DNA of 62,759 nucleotides, the filler included, from Bipalium vagum (taxonomy: Eukaryota): assembly GCA_037834085.1 (NCBI GenBank). It is 3 parts of 3 records of this genome, joined end to end, with 100 filler letters (N's around TTAATTAATTAA, not from the genome) between each part and the next. Parts side by side here need not be neighbours in the genome. Positions count along the whole stretch, not along the records: positions 1 to 20,860 come from JBBMKC010245131.1; positions 20,961 to 44,729 come from JBBMKC010206820.1; 1 more part is not named here. One strand, 5' to 3'. How positions within the stretch are numbered: position 1 is the stretch's first letter; the number at the start of each line of letters is the position of its first letter. Made by a program: the position numbers and the translations under genes. Below the pieces are notes generated by a model, which was not told the origin of the DNA, searched no databases, and worked only from the letters and a program-made list of their open reading frames with translations. Of the stretch, positions 13,601-27,346 are shown piece after piece.

Positions 13601-15399
13601 ATTATAGAATAAGTACACAAGAAAAAAAGCAGATTTAAACATTTAGCTTAAGTTAGCCAGTTATTTTTCAGAAGCGTTGCAACATCGATGGATTAAATAA
13701 TAAAAGAATTAAATAAGTAAAAATTTCTAGAAAAAACTAAAAAAAGAGACTGTTAAATAGTGTTGCCTTTTCAAGATATCAAATAAATCAGCTTCATTTT
13801 GGAATTTTGACAAGTTCGAAATTTTTGGAATTAAGAATTTCACTGGCCAATAAACTTTGGACAAATTAATTGAATAAAATACCAACAATTCTTTAATTAT
13901 TTGTTTCATTTTTTGACATAAACACCAATTCTTTCGGAAATTGAGCACTATAGATTGTTAATGGTTTGATAATAAAAGTTTATGCATGTTGAACTGTCAA
14001 CAGCTCCATTAGGAATAACAAATAAAATTAATCCATCAATATATTTTCTTAATTAGCGATTATTATAACCATTAGTGTATTTTTTCCATATGATGTTAAT
14101 TCAATATTAACTCATACTTATTTTTTCATTGTCCTTCATAATAATTATTATGAAAACTTGGTTTCCATAATTATCATTTAAAAAGATCTTCTAAAAGAAG
14201 CACCTGTTATTTATATCTATTGTTTCTTTTAATTTTAACAGAATTGATCTTTAACTAAGTTAAAATTAGCCTTAGTTTTTTTAACGCTTTCAAATTATTA
14301 AATATTCAAAGTACAATTAAATTAAACAAATTTATATATTAAAATTTTTATCATAAATGATTTATAATTTTATTTGTGACTTTTTAAAAGTGACCTTATT
14401 CATTTGTTCAAGTTACTTTAATCTATAAAAGATAAGGTAATACAAATAAAAAGAGTAATAATAATAAAAAATATAGACAAAAAAAAATTACAAAAAATTA
14501 ATAAATAAAAAAAAATAAGTATAATATTATTATTGTTAATTATTGTTATTATGAAAATCTTTTAAATGTTTTCATAATTTTTTATTTAAGCTGAAACTAA
14601 ATAATTAAATTATATAAATTAGAAAAAGAAAAAGAAAACGGTGTAATAAAAGCAAAAAAAGCCTAAACCGATAATATTGTTAATTACAAGAGATTTATTA
14701 AAACAAAACATTATTATTCCAGTTATCCAAACAGTGAATTCCACAACTTTAATTTTAAAGAAATATATAATTTACAGCTGACTGAAATAATTTATTAAAA
14801 AATAAAAATTGTGAAAAAAATTGACAATCGTTCTCTAATATCTGCAAATCTCCGGATATAGATTTCCAGCTGAGTATGAAAATTGGAGTCTTACAACATT
14901 CTTAAAGAAGACTAAAATCTATTTCATTTTATAAATATTTCGATAATTTCCTTTTCTTAATATTTGTGTTGGAGAATATTAAAGAATTTAGTCTCGAAAA
15001 CTTTCATGATAATATCAAAAAACAGTAGAGTGAGACCTAATATTAAAGCCTGATAAAAATGGAAAAAATGATAAAAATATTAAATAAAATTTGGAAAATT
15101 CTTAAAATCTAAGGTATTGTCTACGAGAAGCTTTTTATGTGAATATTGTACATTTCAGTCCCTATTATATTTTATATTATAAAATGTAAACTCTTAAAAA
15201 TATTATAAGACATTATTTACATTTTCATTGTTCAAAAGAATAATGTCATATAAATAAAAATAAAGTAATGCACATTTTGTTAAAAAAAAGAAACTTGTAC
15301 GTAGACTGGTTGAATAAATAATCCATTTTTTTGTTTTTTATTATCAAAATTTTTCTTTGTGTAAAATAAAATGGAAAAAGCTGTAAATAAAATACAATA

Positions 15400-16423
15400 T
15401 TGTATATTACTAACAAGCAGAAAAACAACAAAACCATAAAAATCCACAAAAATTTTCTCTGAGATTTTCCCTTTTGATAATGGGATCGAATTTCCATTGG
15501 ACGAATTAAAAAAAGAAACAATCGGCATTTCCTTGATAGATTTCAATCAGCCTTTCTCCAGCTAATTTCCATTCATCGATTGAGTCCAGTATCACTGACG
15601 CTGTTCGCGTTCATTGGCCCTCGGTCATGGCGAGTGCGAAGAAACAAACAGCTGGAAATATCAGACTCTGGGGGTAGAATATCGATGCCATTGTTTTCAT
15701 GCCAATTGCTGTTATGCTGAAACAGACACCTGATAGAAAACATGAGAAAAGCACCAAAACCAGACCACCTCAAGCAACCCTCCATTCTGAAAATAGCAGA
15801 AAATGCGATCCCGTATCATGATCACTGTTTTGCTGCCATATAACATGTGTGTATGAGTATGAGAATGTATGCATTTGAGTGCGCCTGACGATTCCGACCT
15901 CATAACGGCTGAGACACATAAACAAGTTACATGCCGTAATACTAACGCGCCAGCAGCCAACACACCGCAAAATGCACACCAACGGCAACCACTAATAAAG
16001 CAGTATATGATGCTGGCAATATCAGTAAAAATAAATTAATCTTTTGTTTGCTGTCAAAGCAGCATAAATTTGCAGCATCAGGTTCTCGTAGAAAATTCAA
16101 GCATTATATTTGCGCTATTATACATTGCAAAATATCAAGATTTCATTGCGGAGAGAAAAAAGAAAAGAAACAAAAACCAGTAGCCATATATCTATTCATT
16201 GTTGCAACATTCTATTATTTTTATTATTATTACCTATTGCTGGGATAAATCAATTCACTTTGCCATCAAACAATAAGTATCAAAAAAGAAAAAGAAATAT
16301 CCCAAACAATACCATACTGATTCAACAAAAGTACGATTCAAGCCTCACAATCAATAGAAATTTGGAAATAATTATATTTTTTATTGTTATCATTGAACAT
16401 TTTAAGAATACACTGAATATTGC
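15400..16423 (+). promoter_or_regulatory. GC-enriched promoter/5' UTR block of the SoxB gene
   Basis: Non-coding, CpG-containing stretch against a very AT-rich background. CCAAT motifs at ~15496, ~15614 and ~15702; Sox-type CATTGT at ~15689 and ~16197. TSS not determinable. Confidence 0.5.
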
Positions 16424-17147
16424 ATGTCTTTACAACCTCAATATTGTGGACAGTTACCGATGATTTTTGATAACGCCTTGGACGTTGTTGACAGTCTGCG
16501 AGAAGATAACAACCACAGAATGCCAAGTGTCAGCAAGTTCTACCAGTCCACCAATCAGTCGCCAACTGATTCCAGTTCAGCGGAATTGAATATTTTTCGT
16601 TCGACAAATACCGGAGTTGACTATTCGAGATCCAATCACCCGGAATCTGGAATTGACCATCCATTTATTATGGACAATCAACTAGATTATCGGGTTTCCA
16701 TGATACGAAGAGAACAGATGTGTGAAATACCAGATTCCAATCAGAACTATTACAAAACGATCAATCAAAATGAGTACGCTGGTTACATGATGAGCGGATT
16801 GTTGCAGTCTAATCGGGATGAAGATGATATGGTAAAACATTTGCAAATGCAACAGGGTATTGAAAAACCTGTCAACAATTATTATCAAAACGATAGTGAT
16901 GGAAGTCTGATAAATCTGACGAACATCAAAAGACAGAATAATCTTTATCAAAATGAAGATGAATATTTGAACAGTTCAATGATCCATGAAAAGGATATTA
17001 AAAAAGAAAGCTATCATGATGATGTCATGAACCCTTCGCTGGAGGTTAATGATAATCATGTAAACTAATTAATAATTTAATTTATGTTAATTAAAAAAAA
17101 TAAACAGCTTCAAAAAATATTTTATAAAATATTTGTAATTTTATTTT

Positions 17148-17180
<33 letters not shown>

Positions 17181-18435
17181 TAATAATATAAACGTAATCG
17201 TTGAATAACTGTAATAAAATGATTTATAAAAAGGATTAAAATTTTTTTATAAATATCCTTTATTTATTTTTTCCCTCTAGAATCGAATGAAATCTGAAAA
17301 CTCAACCCTCGTGCAAAACAATCAGAATGCGCTTAAACAAGCGGAGAAAAAAGAAGCGAGAATTCGTCGACCAATGAATGCCTTTATGGTTTGGTCCAGA
17401 GGGCAGAGAAGAAAAATGTCCGTCGAGAATCCGAAAATGCATAATTCAGAAATCAGCAAACGATTAGGATCAATGTGGAAATCATTGACGGAAATTGATA
17501 AAAAACCTTTCATAGATGAAGCTAAAAGGCTGAGAGCAAACCATCAGAAAGAACATCCTGATTACAAATATCGTCCTAGACGCAAATCAAAGAATGCCTC
17601 AAATACTCATCCATCTGTGACAAACAATTTGACTCAAGATAAACACTGCAAGAAATACGTAAACGCTACAGCTGGACATCATTACAACCAAAATATGGCT
17701 TCAACTTCAATGCCATCAGATTTTCACTTTCAACAACTTCAAGAAGAATCACCTAACCTCTACATGAACCAACAAGCAGGACAGAGTTCAGCATACGGCA
17801 ATTATCCTGTTTGCATGGATCCAAATTATGGTCACATGTACTACACTCCAAATGGGATAAATTACCCCCAAGGTCAGTTGCAACCGATTTCAACTTTAAG
17901 TGGTCTCCAAGCCTCTAATTCGCAATTATCAAATTCTCAAGGAGCTCCAAACAGCAATCACACCAGTTCCAACCATTCCAGTCCACTGACATACAGTACC
18001 ACGACTCCAGTTGGTGGAAATTCCAACAATCTTCTTAACTATCAATCGGTTAATTCTCACTGTTTCACCATTTCTCCACAGATTCTTGAAAATAGCAATT
18101 TTCTTACAACAAACACCCAGAATATAATGTTCCATAACAATGTTTCATCAGCTTTCACGTTTCCATCCTCAAATTCAATGAACAACTTTAACGGTGTCGA
18201 ACTCACTCCGCTCTATGCATCATCACACAATTCCCCAGATTCCAGTAGTCATCCCAATACAAATATCAACCCAATTTCACTAACTCATATAACGAAGGAT
18301 CTGTCAAATCACATCAACAACAGGATCGATTTGTTTATCAACCAAAACATGTTGGGTGACGGCTCTCAGATTGGTAATTCAATATCAAACAACCCCATAG
18401 CCCTCCAGCAAACCATTGCTTTCAACAACATTTAA
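16424..18435 (+). CDS. soxB1: SoxB-group (SoxB1-like) HMG-box transcription factor, 2 exons, ~591-596 aa
   Basis: Exon 1 is 16424-17044 (or -17059; both are phase-0 GT donors). Acceptor TTCCCTCTAG ends at 17280; exon 2 is 17281-18435. HMG box [37 protein letters not shown]...[27 protein letters not shown] is diagnostic of SoxB. PISLTHI resembles the SoxB1 PLTHI/PLSHM tail. Start could be ATG 16424 or 16460. Confidence 0.93.
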
Positions 18436-19740
18436 CAAATGTTAAACATCACTCGATCCCGATCTCGACGACACCAAAATTTCAGATTCACGTATAATAT
18501 CATTTTCTAATAAATTGTACTCAAAAAACGATTATAACGAATAGCTCAGTAGATTGCTATCATTGATCATTACAAACCGTATAGTGAACAATGGAAATGA
18601 ATTATCTCACAGTGGTTACATCACAGTTTTTTTTTGACATAAACAAATCCAATGCTCGATCCAGTGCCTGATCTGCAATGGACCTCTTCATCTGGGAAAG
18701 TCGACAAAACCGAACCGGAAAATATCGTCGTAACACAGACAATATTATTTTTGTTTTCAGAACCAACTCCAATGATTTTTACCGTGTTTTTAATATGTAA
18801 ATAATTGTCTAACGAAAAATAATGTATATTTCCAAACCTATTATTTATTGCTATTGTTCATTTTATTTTTACCATAAACATATTTATTGGCAACACCACT
18901 GGCCTTTTTGTATTTAGTAGATTAGCAGTTGAAATTGATGTTTGTTTGTTTGGTCCACTGCATACGATATTCATATTGCTTAAAAAGACTTTCTGTGGAG
19001 AATTATCTGTATCTGTACTGAGAAAAACAAATAATAAATGTTGCCAGTACTGTTTATTAATAAAGTGATGTTATCAATTTTTCTTCATGAAATTTCAGCA
19101 AAATTAATGACCGTGTCGAAATGGTTAACTGGGCGAATAATAAAATTTCGAGCAGTGACGATGTTTTTTTTTTCATACAATAGTAACAAAAGAAATAAAT
19201 AACAAAAAAAAAAATAAAATAAATAATAATGAAAAACTCGAATGAAATATTTTATTGATTTATAATAAAAATTAAAATTGTGCTTTCAGCAGGTTTAGTA
19301 GTGGCAACCATCGTATATTGTATGTCTTACTGATACTGTGGATTTGATGCCAAGCTTGTAATTAATCTGATTTGATCACGTCGTCATCGTTGAATGGATC
19401 AATCAATCAACCGTGTCAGATCACAAAAATTTTTTTAGATATTTTGATCTGATAGCGTAATTCTAATGTATTTTACCATTATGCTTGATCGATATTTGTT
19501 TAATAATGTATTCATTTGAGTGTATAATAAACTTATTAATGAATTTATTAAATACTTGGTTTTTAAATTATTGATCTGGTCTATAATTTGGTATAATTAA
19601 TTATAATGATTATTATATTTGTCAATCTTCATTATAAAGTTTATCATCACAATGAAGAATAAGATTTTGTACTCAAATTTCGGAGTTAATGTTTAACAAA
19701 AGAAAATGTAAACAATAAATAACAAAACTAAATGAACAAG

Positions 19741-19789
<49 letters not shown>

Positions 19790-19800
19790 ATATAATAATA
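19741..19800. repeat. (AAT)n microsatellite
   Basis: Directly visible. Confidence 0.95.
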
Positions 19801-20860
19801 AATTCATTTTATTGGTTTATTTTTTAAGAAAAAAAATCATTAATCTCGCAATTTACAATTTAAATCCCAAAAATATTTATTATATAAAAAATTAATCTGT
19901 TGATTTTGTTATAAATCTTCCCTTATATAAATAATTAATTTTGGGAACAAATAATAAGAATTAATTTCCAAATGAAAAATTCATTATTTATACATCTAAA
20001 ACGCTTTGATGAAAATTAATGAAAAAATATATTTTCTGTATTGTGTATGCCGGAGCAGTAATGATTCATATAACCTCTCTTTTGTTGTCGTTTAATGAAT
20101 ATTCATCACAATAAAATATAAAGTATGCTAAAAATATAAATAAATAAAATGGAGAAAAATATTTTGGCATAAAATTTATCCTTTCCTCCATTATTAAAGA
20201 AATCAGAAGCGATGTTATGAACATTATGCTGAATTAAAAGCTGATTGTGTATATTTTTTGTCATTTGAAAATACTATTCTGTTACAAAAAATGAGTAAAA
20301 TTTGAAAAAATTACGTTTTACAAATTTAAAACCTAAGTAGCGGCGCAAATAAATAATAATAATATTATTATTATAAAATAATGATAAGTTATTAATATAT
20401 GATTATTTATTTATTATATATTATTTCATATTCATTCTTAAGTAATGTGTGGGATGGTCACATTTTCGATGGGTTCCTATTATAAAGCATATATAAAATT
20501 GATGAGGTATAAAATAAATAAAAATTTGATTATTAAAAAAAAACATTTTTATGATAAATATAATAATAGTTTCGAAAATTGAGATGATTCTCAAAGAAAT
20601 TTATAAAATTATCACAAAATATAGAATCACATCATGTAAATAAAATAAATAGTATAAATAGATAATTTTTACGGCGTTTACAAAATCCCATTCATCAAAA
20701 ATATCAACAAAGACTTAAAACAAAAACCTTAAGCATTTCAATAATTTATATATATATATTTTTAAATAGACGGTTTTCAATAATTTTGAACAATTTTTTT
20801 CCAAACATTTATTATCAAGAAACATGTTTCGAACTATTATCAGTTCATCATCAGTCATTC

Positions 20861-20960
20861 NNNNNNNNNNNNNNNNNNNNNNNNNNNNNNNNNNNNNNNN
20901 NNNNTTAATTAATTAANNNNNNNNNNNNNNNNNNNNNNNNNNNNNNNNNNNNNNNNNNNN
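20861..20960. other. Assembly gap spacer (N44-TTAATTAATTAA-N44)
   Basis: Exactly 100 nt with a central six-frame stop linker; identical to 44730-44829. Followed by (AAT)n at 20961-21032. Confidence 0.98.
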
Positions 20961-21032
<72 letters not shown>

Positions 21033-22989
21033 CCTTTGGGACTTTGTCAGTTGTTCATTTTAAATGTTCCACGATTCCACAGCAGTTAAACCACTTCCAA
21101 TGAATTATTGTTCTGTATTATTTCCTCGTTTCATGTTAAAGTAATGTCTCTCAAACTTTTTTATCATTTATTAAAGGTGAAGTAAAAAACTTTCAACTTT
21201 CAAAATTTTCTGTTAATGGGCATTGTAAAGTTCTGGTCTGGGAGTATTTGTAGTTTTTTCAATGTTTCAATATATTTCGCAAGTTTTCTAAAGACCATTT
21301 GGTCAACAAATGCAGTCATCAATAATCGTTTTGAAACTCTTTTCTCTTACGAAACCTGGAATACCTCTTAAAAACAATGTATCTCTACATTTATTTTTTT
21401 AATAATCTGCATTGTTTTGTGACAAATTTACCAGCCTAAAACAAGACTTGATATTTGAATTTCTAACACAATATAAGATAAACTGTATCATTTTTATTGT
21501 TCCTATGAAAATTTTATATTCTTAAGAAGCACATTTTTAATATTAAAATCTTTTGAAAATGATCATATGCCCAACACATTAAGCTAAAGATCAAAGTAAA
21601 TATTAGAGTCGACAAATTTTTCATTTTAATTAAAGTTTGATAATTGCCGATTAAGGGTTAATTGTTTAATTGATATCAATTTACCTTTGTTGTCCTGAAA
21701 TTCTGAATTTTATCCATTTTCTTTAATTTCTTACACGCAAACTCTCAAATTATCAGTTAATATTTCGTATTAATATTGTACATATAAAAATATATTTTTC
21801 ATAAATAATACGTAATATTTATCAGGATCCAAATAATTAAGTTTATTATTTCTTAGTCTTCATAAAGTTTGTACCTTCGAGATAAACAATAAATATTTGT
21901 TTTTTGCAAATATTAGGTTTTGTCATATTAAACTGTGAAATTCCATTTAACTTTAATCCTTTAATAAATTTTTAATGACTTCAAAAAAGTTTTTCAAGTT
22001 ATTGATTTTCATGATTTTGAGATAATTAAAAATTAACAAATAATTTTTTATGTAATTACGTCATAAACGAAGTTGTTTAAATTTTCGAACAGTTTGGCAA
22101 ATTTTTTAATTAAATAAATGTTAAAAGAAGAGGATTTGTCTTATTCAAAAGAGTTGAGTTCTATTGAAGCTCACAATGAATTTAAAAAAATAAATTATAA
22201 ATGAAAAATTAAATTTCATTTTAAATTTTTAATTAATCTCTTCTTACGACTTTATTTTGATTCACGACTTTATCTAAATTACATACATTAAATCTAATAA
22301 AACCTTTATTCCACCTTTTAAATTAAAACTTAAAGTGTGATAATTAATTTTTTGATCACCTCTTAAAATAGAAATAAATATTTTAAAATAGAAATATTCA
22401 AAAAGCAATTGGATTAATAATAATGGATTTTTAATACACATACCCATTTTATTTTTTATTCTGTACTCTATAAATAATTTCAAAAGAAAATTAAAAAATA
22501 ACTCATTTTTAACCTTTTAAAATTATAGCAAATAAACTAATATTTTACAACCTGTAAAAAATTTTTAATAAAGACAAAAATGATATTTGTTATTATTTAA
22601 GTTCGGTATTTCCAGATATGTTTAAGAATAAAATAGAAAAACGATTCATAATAAATTAATAAAACCAACAAAATGTTTCATAATGTTTACTTGAGAATTA
22701 TCTTTTTTATACAAAAATAATAGCTCTAAAAGGTTTTTTGAAATATTTTCTTATGAAATCGTTTGTGGAACAAACAAAAAATCTTTAATTTTTTGTTAAA
22801 TTTTTAATTTTTAAATAATTTTAAGCAATTTTTATTTCTTTAATAAAAAAATATTAATAAATTTATAATATAAACATCGAGTCATTAGAGTGTCATTTTC
22901 TGAAGAGAATTGGAGTAATATTCTATAAATCAAAATTATCTTACACAGTGTCAAATTTGACAGTCTTGTCAAGAAAAAGAAAAATTGCT

Positions 22990-23340
22990 TGGTAACTACA
23001 AAATTTTATATACAAAGAAATACAATTTACAAGCAAATTACACTATTGTCAAACAGTTTTATTCAAAATAATTCTACTGGCTTGTTTTACAGCCTTAAAT
23101 CCGGCCCGGAACCTGTAGCTTGTTGATTTTACACTTTGCCTGAAAAGTGTCTCTAAAAATTCTTTAATTCTGTCGCCTAACCAAGCTTTTATAGTACTGG
23201 CACGACAATTGGTGTCTTCTCAACAGTCATTTTTGAATTATTATATAAAATAATCTTAATATAAGTTTAATTTAAGCAATGTGTGAAAAATGACCTGCTC
23301 ATCACCCAATGTGTATGATTTGACCTACAATACTGCAATA
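22990..23340 (-). mobile_element. Possible solo LTR
   Basis: GC-enriched ~350-bp block. Minus strand has TATAAAAG (~23190) followed ~130 nt later by AATAAA (~23060), the same layout as the LTR at 6250-6729. Termini degenerate, no TSD found. Confidence 0.3.
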
Positions 23341-25054
23341 GATCAGGAAAAACACATTGTCCAAAAGTTGAATTTACAAATAAAAATTTTCTGTTTAAGC
23401 TTTTTTTAAAATTAATTACCATCATTTTGTTTAATAAAAAATTATTAATTATTTGTAAAATAATTTAATCCTGTAAATACATAATTATAATAAAAGTAAA
23501 AACTGGTGAAAAAATAATACGTGTAATAAACTGAAAGAAAAATAAAAAAATCTTTAGAAAGTCGTATTTTTGTTTAACTGTAATTATTAAGGATTACATA
23601 TAATAATAATAAATTTTCATAAAAATTATTTAGTAATCAAAAATTAAATAATAACAAAATATAAAATTACAGTTTTATAATATATTTAATGTACTAATTT
23701 CAAATCAAATACTTCAAAAAAAAGTAGAATATTAATGATATTGATCATTGAAAAACTGCATAATTTTTCATATATAGCCGGATTCCAAAGTTGAAGTGTA
23801 CAATTAAATTTATTTGCGAATATATTTCAATGGTAATTTGTTAGCAATTTTTATTTTTTTGAATGGTAATATGTGACAGAATTATCAATTTTTGAAAATT
23901 CTCAATTTATAGAAAATTTATCTTTAATTATTATTTTATTAATAATATTTAGGCTTGTTAAAACTGATATTATTACATTTGTAACTTCTAATTAAATAAA
24001 TTTTTACACAAATTTCCTAATTTAGGTTAAAGGTTTGAGACAAGTTTAATTTTATAAACTAAGCTACTCAGTTTCCAAATCGTGAAAATATTGACTTTTG
24101 TTATTTAATGAATTTCCATCCTAACCAAACTTTACTATTTAAAGATCATTCATTCTTAAGAATTTTTTGTCATCAGTATTTAATAAGACAAGGACGAAAA
24201 TTTTCGTATATAAATAACCATTGTTATTTGTGTATAACAATTTCAGTTATCATTTGTTTATGAAAACATCTTGCTTAATATGTATTAAAATATCTTTGTT
24301 ACCATTATATTTTCAATATTTAATTCAAAATATTTACGAACTAAACATTTTACTTATCAAGACAATAGAATAAATAGATAAAAATAATTTTAGACTATTC
24401 CTGTTTCTTCAATTTCAACCCAGTGAGTTCTTTGAAATAATTCCTATATCAGATATTCAATAATTTCATGATAAGGTCTTGCTCAAGAAGCAACCGCAAC
24501 AGATAATAAAAACATCAGCTGCATTAAGAAATATTATCGTTATTATTTTCCAAAAGAAACAACGGACAGTAAACTACGAGAAATAGTAGTAACGTGTGAA
24601 AACTGCACCTTCCCTGTTTTAGTTCAGAGAATGACAGAATCCAATTTAATCCTAATCAGTTTCGAAAATTCGTGCACAAACTATTGTGATATTCTCAAAC
24701 CTCTAAGCACACCACGATATCCAATAAAAGGTAATATTTTTCCGTAAGCACGAGACCTTACTATAAAAAATTCTCAAAATTTCTAGATCCCGGTCCAAAC
24801 ATTTGCGAGCTGTCTAACAACCCGCGATACCGTTTAAGGCCCAGATACAAATGTTATGGATTCGATCCCGACGAAGACATTACGACATGCCAAAGTCCCA
24901 AGATAAATTGTACCATCATTAGTGCAACATACTTTATTATAGCTTTCATTTTTGTACTAAAAGTTTTGTAAAAAGAACAATAAATGATTTGTATTTATAA
25001 AAATCGTTAACACAATTAAAAACAAAAAGCAAAAATCGATATCGATTATTTTAG

Positions 25055-27346
25055 TTAAAATCCATCGTTTGGGCAGAATTTCCGAGCACTATTAAAAAAA
25101 CACATTAAGGAAATAAAAAAAAACTAATGAAAATAAGAAAAAATTTATCGAACCATAATTGCATCAGACATTGGGCTTTAAAAATTTGATCTGCCGATCC
25201 CCGAATGGTAAAAACGGTCTCGATATTGTCTATTCTGTCGACATCTATTTCAATTTCTGCTCCAGAATCTCTTTCAATTTCAGCAAGACGTCTTCCATCT
25301 TTGCCCAATATTGCAGAAACTAGCTGAAGATCAATAAAATCAATAATTTAAATATATTTATTATTATTTTAAAATATAGATTTTACCAATTTGGGGACTG
25401 CAACATGTGACACATGAACCATGCTAAAATCGCTGATCGCATTGATCCGAAGCATTCCGTCCATGAGATCCGTTGTGCCCCGACTAGAAAGTGTCAGTCA
25501 AAAACTAAATAAAAAATAATCCATTTCACAACTTTCTAAGAGGACTATGTTGAGGAGGGATCAAAGAACGAGCTACACTGATCCTGTCTTCAACATTCTT
25601 TCTACTACTGATTCTCGAGAACACATTTGAACTGGGAAAATAGTCATTGGTCTCGAAACTTTCGTTGGGAACATTTCTTCGAAGTTGATTATTGGCTGTA
25701 CTGTTGTTCAAATTTCTTTCTGCTGCCATTCGGAAATCTTTTGAAATATATCCGCCATAATCTATTGCAATGGATTCGTCGAAATCGTCAGGATTATAAT
25801 CTTTCCGAGGGCCCTTGATAACTTGATTTTCCAATAAATCAAAAATGTTCTCCAGGCAGAACATCACGTTTTCTATTTTCGACACCATCCGAACAATTCT
25901 ATCTGTGGAATTGGGACAGAATGTTTGATAGAGCTTAATTATTGTCATTCTGTGTTTCTGACCAAAAATCAATAAGTAGATTAGATTAAGATTAAATCAT
26001 TCACATTTATCAAGTTTCTTATTCTCTCTCCCTTTTTCCCTATTACAGCTCCAGCTTGACTTTCGTGAAGCACCAATCTCAAGTCAATTTCGTCGTCTAG
26101 ATCCTTATTTCTGTTCAACAGGCCTTTGTAATCGTAATCTTTTGCACTCATATATTCCTATTTTGATATGTTCTCAGCACTTAACCATAAAAGATAGATA
26201 AATGAAAACATTACTTTGATTGATGGCAAGATATCGTTCCAAACATCCAGTGTCATATTGGGGCTGCCGTCAATGACAACTAATCTGAAAACATCGACAG
26301 TTTAGAGTTTTAAATGTACTCTCCACCAGAAAATCGATTAAACAAAAACAGGAGTCGTTGGAGGTAGGGAAAATAACTTTAAAAATCTGTTGATGATAAA
26401 GAAAACGTCGTCAAGGAACTGGGTAAAGGATGGCAAATGGATTTTGAAAGGATTGTTCATTAATTGACAATGATAAAATGATTAACAATCAAATGAAATC
26501 ATTAAATAACAAATAGATTACACAATAAAAATATTTTAACATTAATGGTCTTTTTGTAAAAAATCAATTTATCATTTTCAAATTATGGTCATTTTGGACT
26601 TGCAATTTTTTTTCGTTAATGTGGATATTTTAAAATTATAACTGTCACTTAAATTTCTTCTTTCGGTAAATAGAGAAAATCTGAAGTCAATTTGATATAA
26701 AACTTAATTGAAATGGTATACAATTATTGATGTATTTTGTTTGTCGCATTTAAGAAACCACTATTAAAATTAGCTTTCACTTGGTCAATAAATAGTTTGT
26801 AGCCAGTAGGTAAACCTTTATTTGGACATAGCTTAACAAAAATGACTAATAATGGTTTTCATGGTGTTTAAAAATAATGGACATTTAATGGTTACCGTTC
26901 GGGGCCTTGGCTGTCGGGAACAAAAATGCGACAATTGTACTGTAATTGGCGGAATGTAGTATTGGCCAATGGAACGATAATGTTTATTAAAATGCGGTGG
27001 ATTCAATTTTCAATCAAGAACGGAAATTATGGAAATAGAAATAACAATTACAGATGATCTATGAAACATTAAAAGCGAGATAATTACTTTTGATCTTAAG
27101 CGTTTAATGACTTCACCTCCTTTTCCAATCATTGCTCCAGCTGCCTATATTTTTAAATAAAAAAGAAAAATGTTTATTTGTTCCCTTTACTTTTGAAGGT
27201 ATTAAGAAACGATATCCAGGCACTTCTCCAATGCCATATTTTCTTTTGGAAATAGATTCATCGTTATTGTTTGTGACACGTCTTTTTCGAGAACCTAATA
27301 AATATTTTTAAAATTTATAAATTTAATAACAAAACATACCATCCAT
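25055..27346 (-). CDS. HNRNPK: Heterogeneous nuclear ribonucleoprotein K (three KH domains), 10 coding exons, ~386 aa
   Basis: Exons 27346-27340, 27294-27191, 27144-27088, 26939-26896, 26284-26215, 26157-26005, 25957-25533 (or -25530), 25483-25387, 25323-25154, 25088-25055; all GT-AG and phase-consistent. Bipartite NLS (RKRR...KRK); KH1 AAGAMIGKGGEVIKRLR..YNCRIFVPDSQGPER; KH2 LHESQAGAVIGKKGERI..IKLYQTFCPNSTDRIV; hnRNP K-specific KGPRKDYNPDDFDE..DYGGY; KH3 ILGKDG..DSGAEIEI..TIRGSADQIFKAQCLMQ. Confidence 0.93.

Noticed and set aside
13727-14250. Possible helicase/ATPase (Helitron or Polinton) relic on the minus strand
   Set aside because: Only a vague YGKNT Walker-A-like string; too degraded to support.
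15246-16526. Cluster of short ORFs upstream of SoxB
   Set aside because: No recognisable domains; expected by chance in a GC-enriched regulatory region.
20905-20916. TTAATTAATTAA palindrome inside N runs (also 44774-44785)
   Set aside because: Artificial six-frame stop linker used in scaffolding, not biological.
21030-22480. Possible MULE transposase and pPolB relics on the minus strand (NNSLE; LDPDKYY)
   Set aside because: Isolated short motifs without collinear support.
24800-24880. tRNA or SINE suggested by the B-box-like GGATTCGATCCC
   Set aside because: No cloverleaf or clear A box; at most a decayed SINE.
26310-26460. H/ACA snoRNA in hnRNP K intron 4 (ends ACATTT on the sense strand)
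   Set aside because: No ANANNA hinge box or convincing two-hairpin fold; the alternative-acceptor reading fits better.
23400-27340. miR-7 hairpin, which is hosted in hnRNP K introns in vertebrates and insects
   Set aside because: By eye, the only sense TGGAAGAC match is in coding sequence (~25290) and the last intron is only 65 nt. A computational scan should confirm this.
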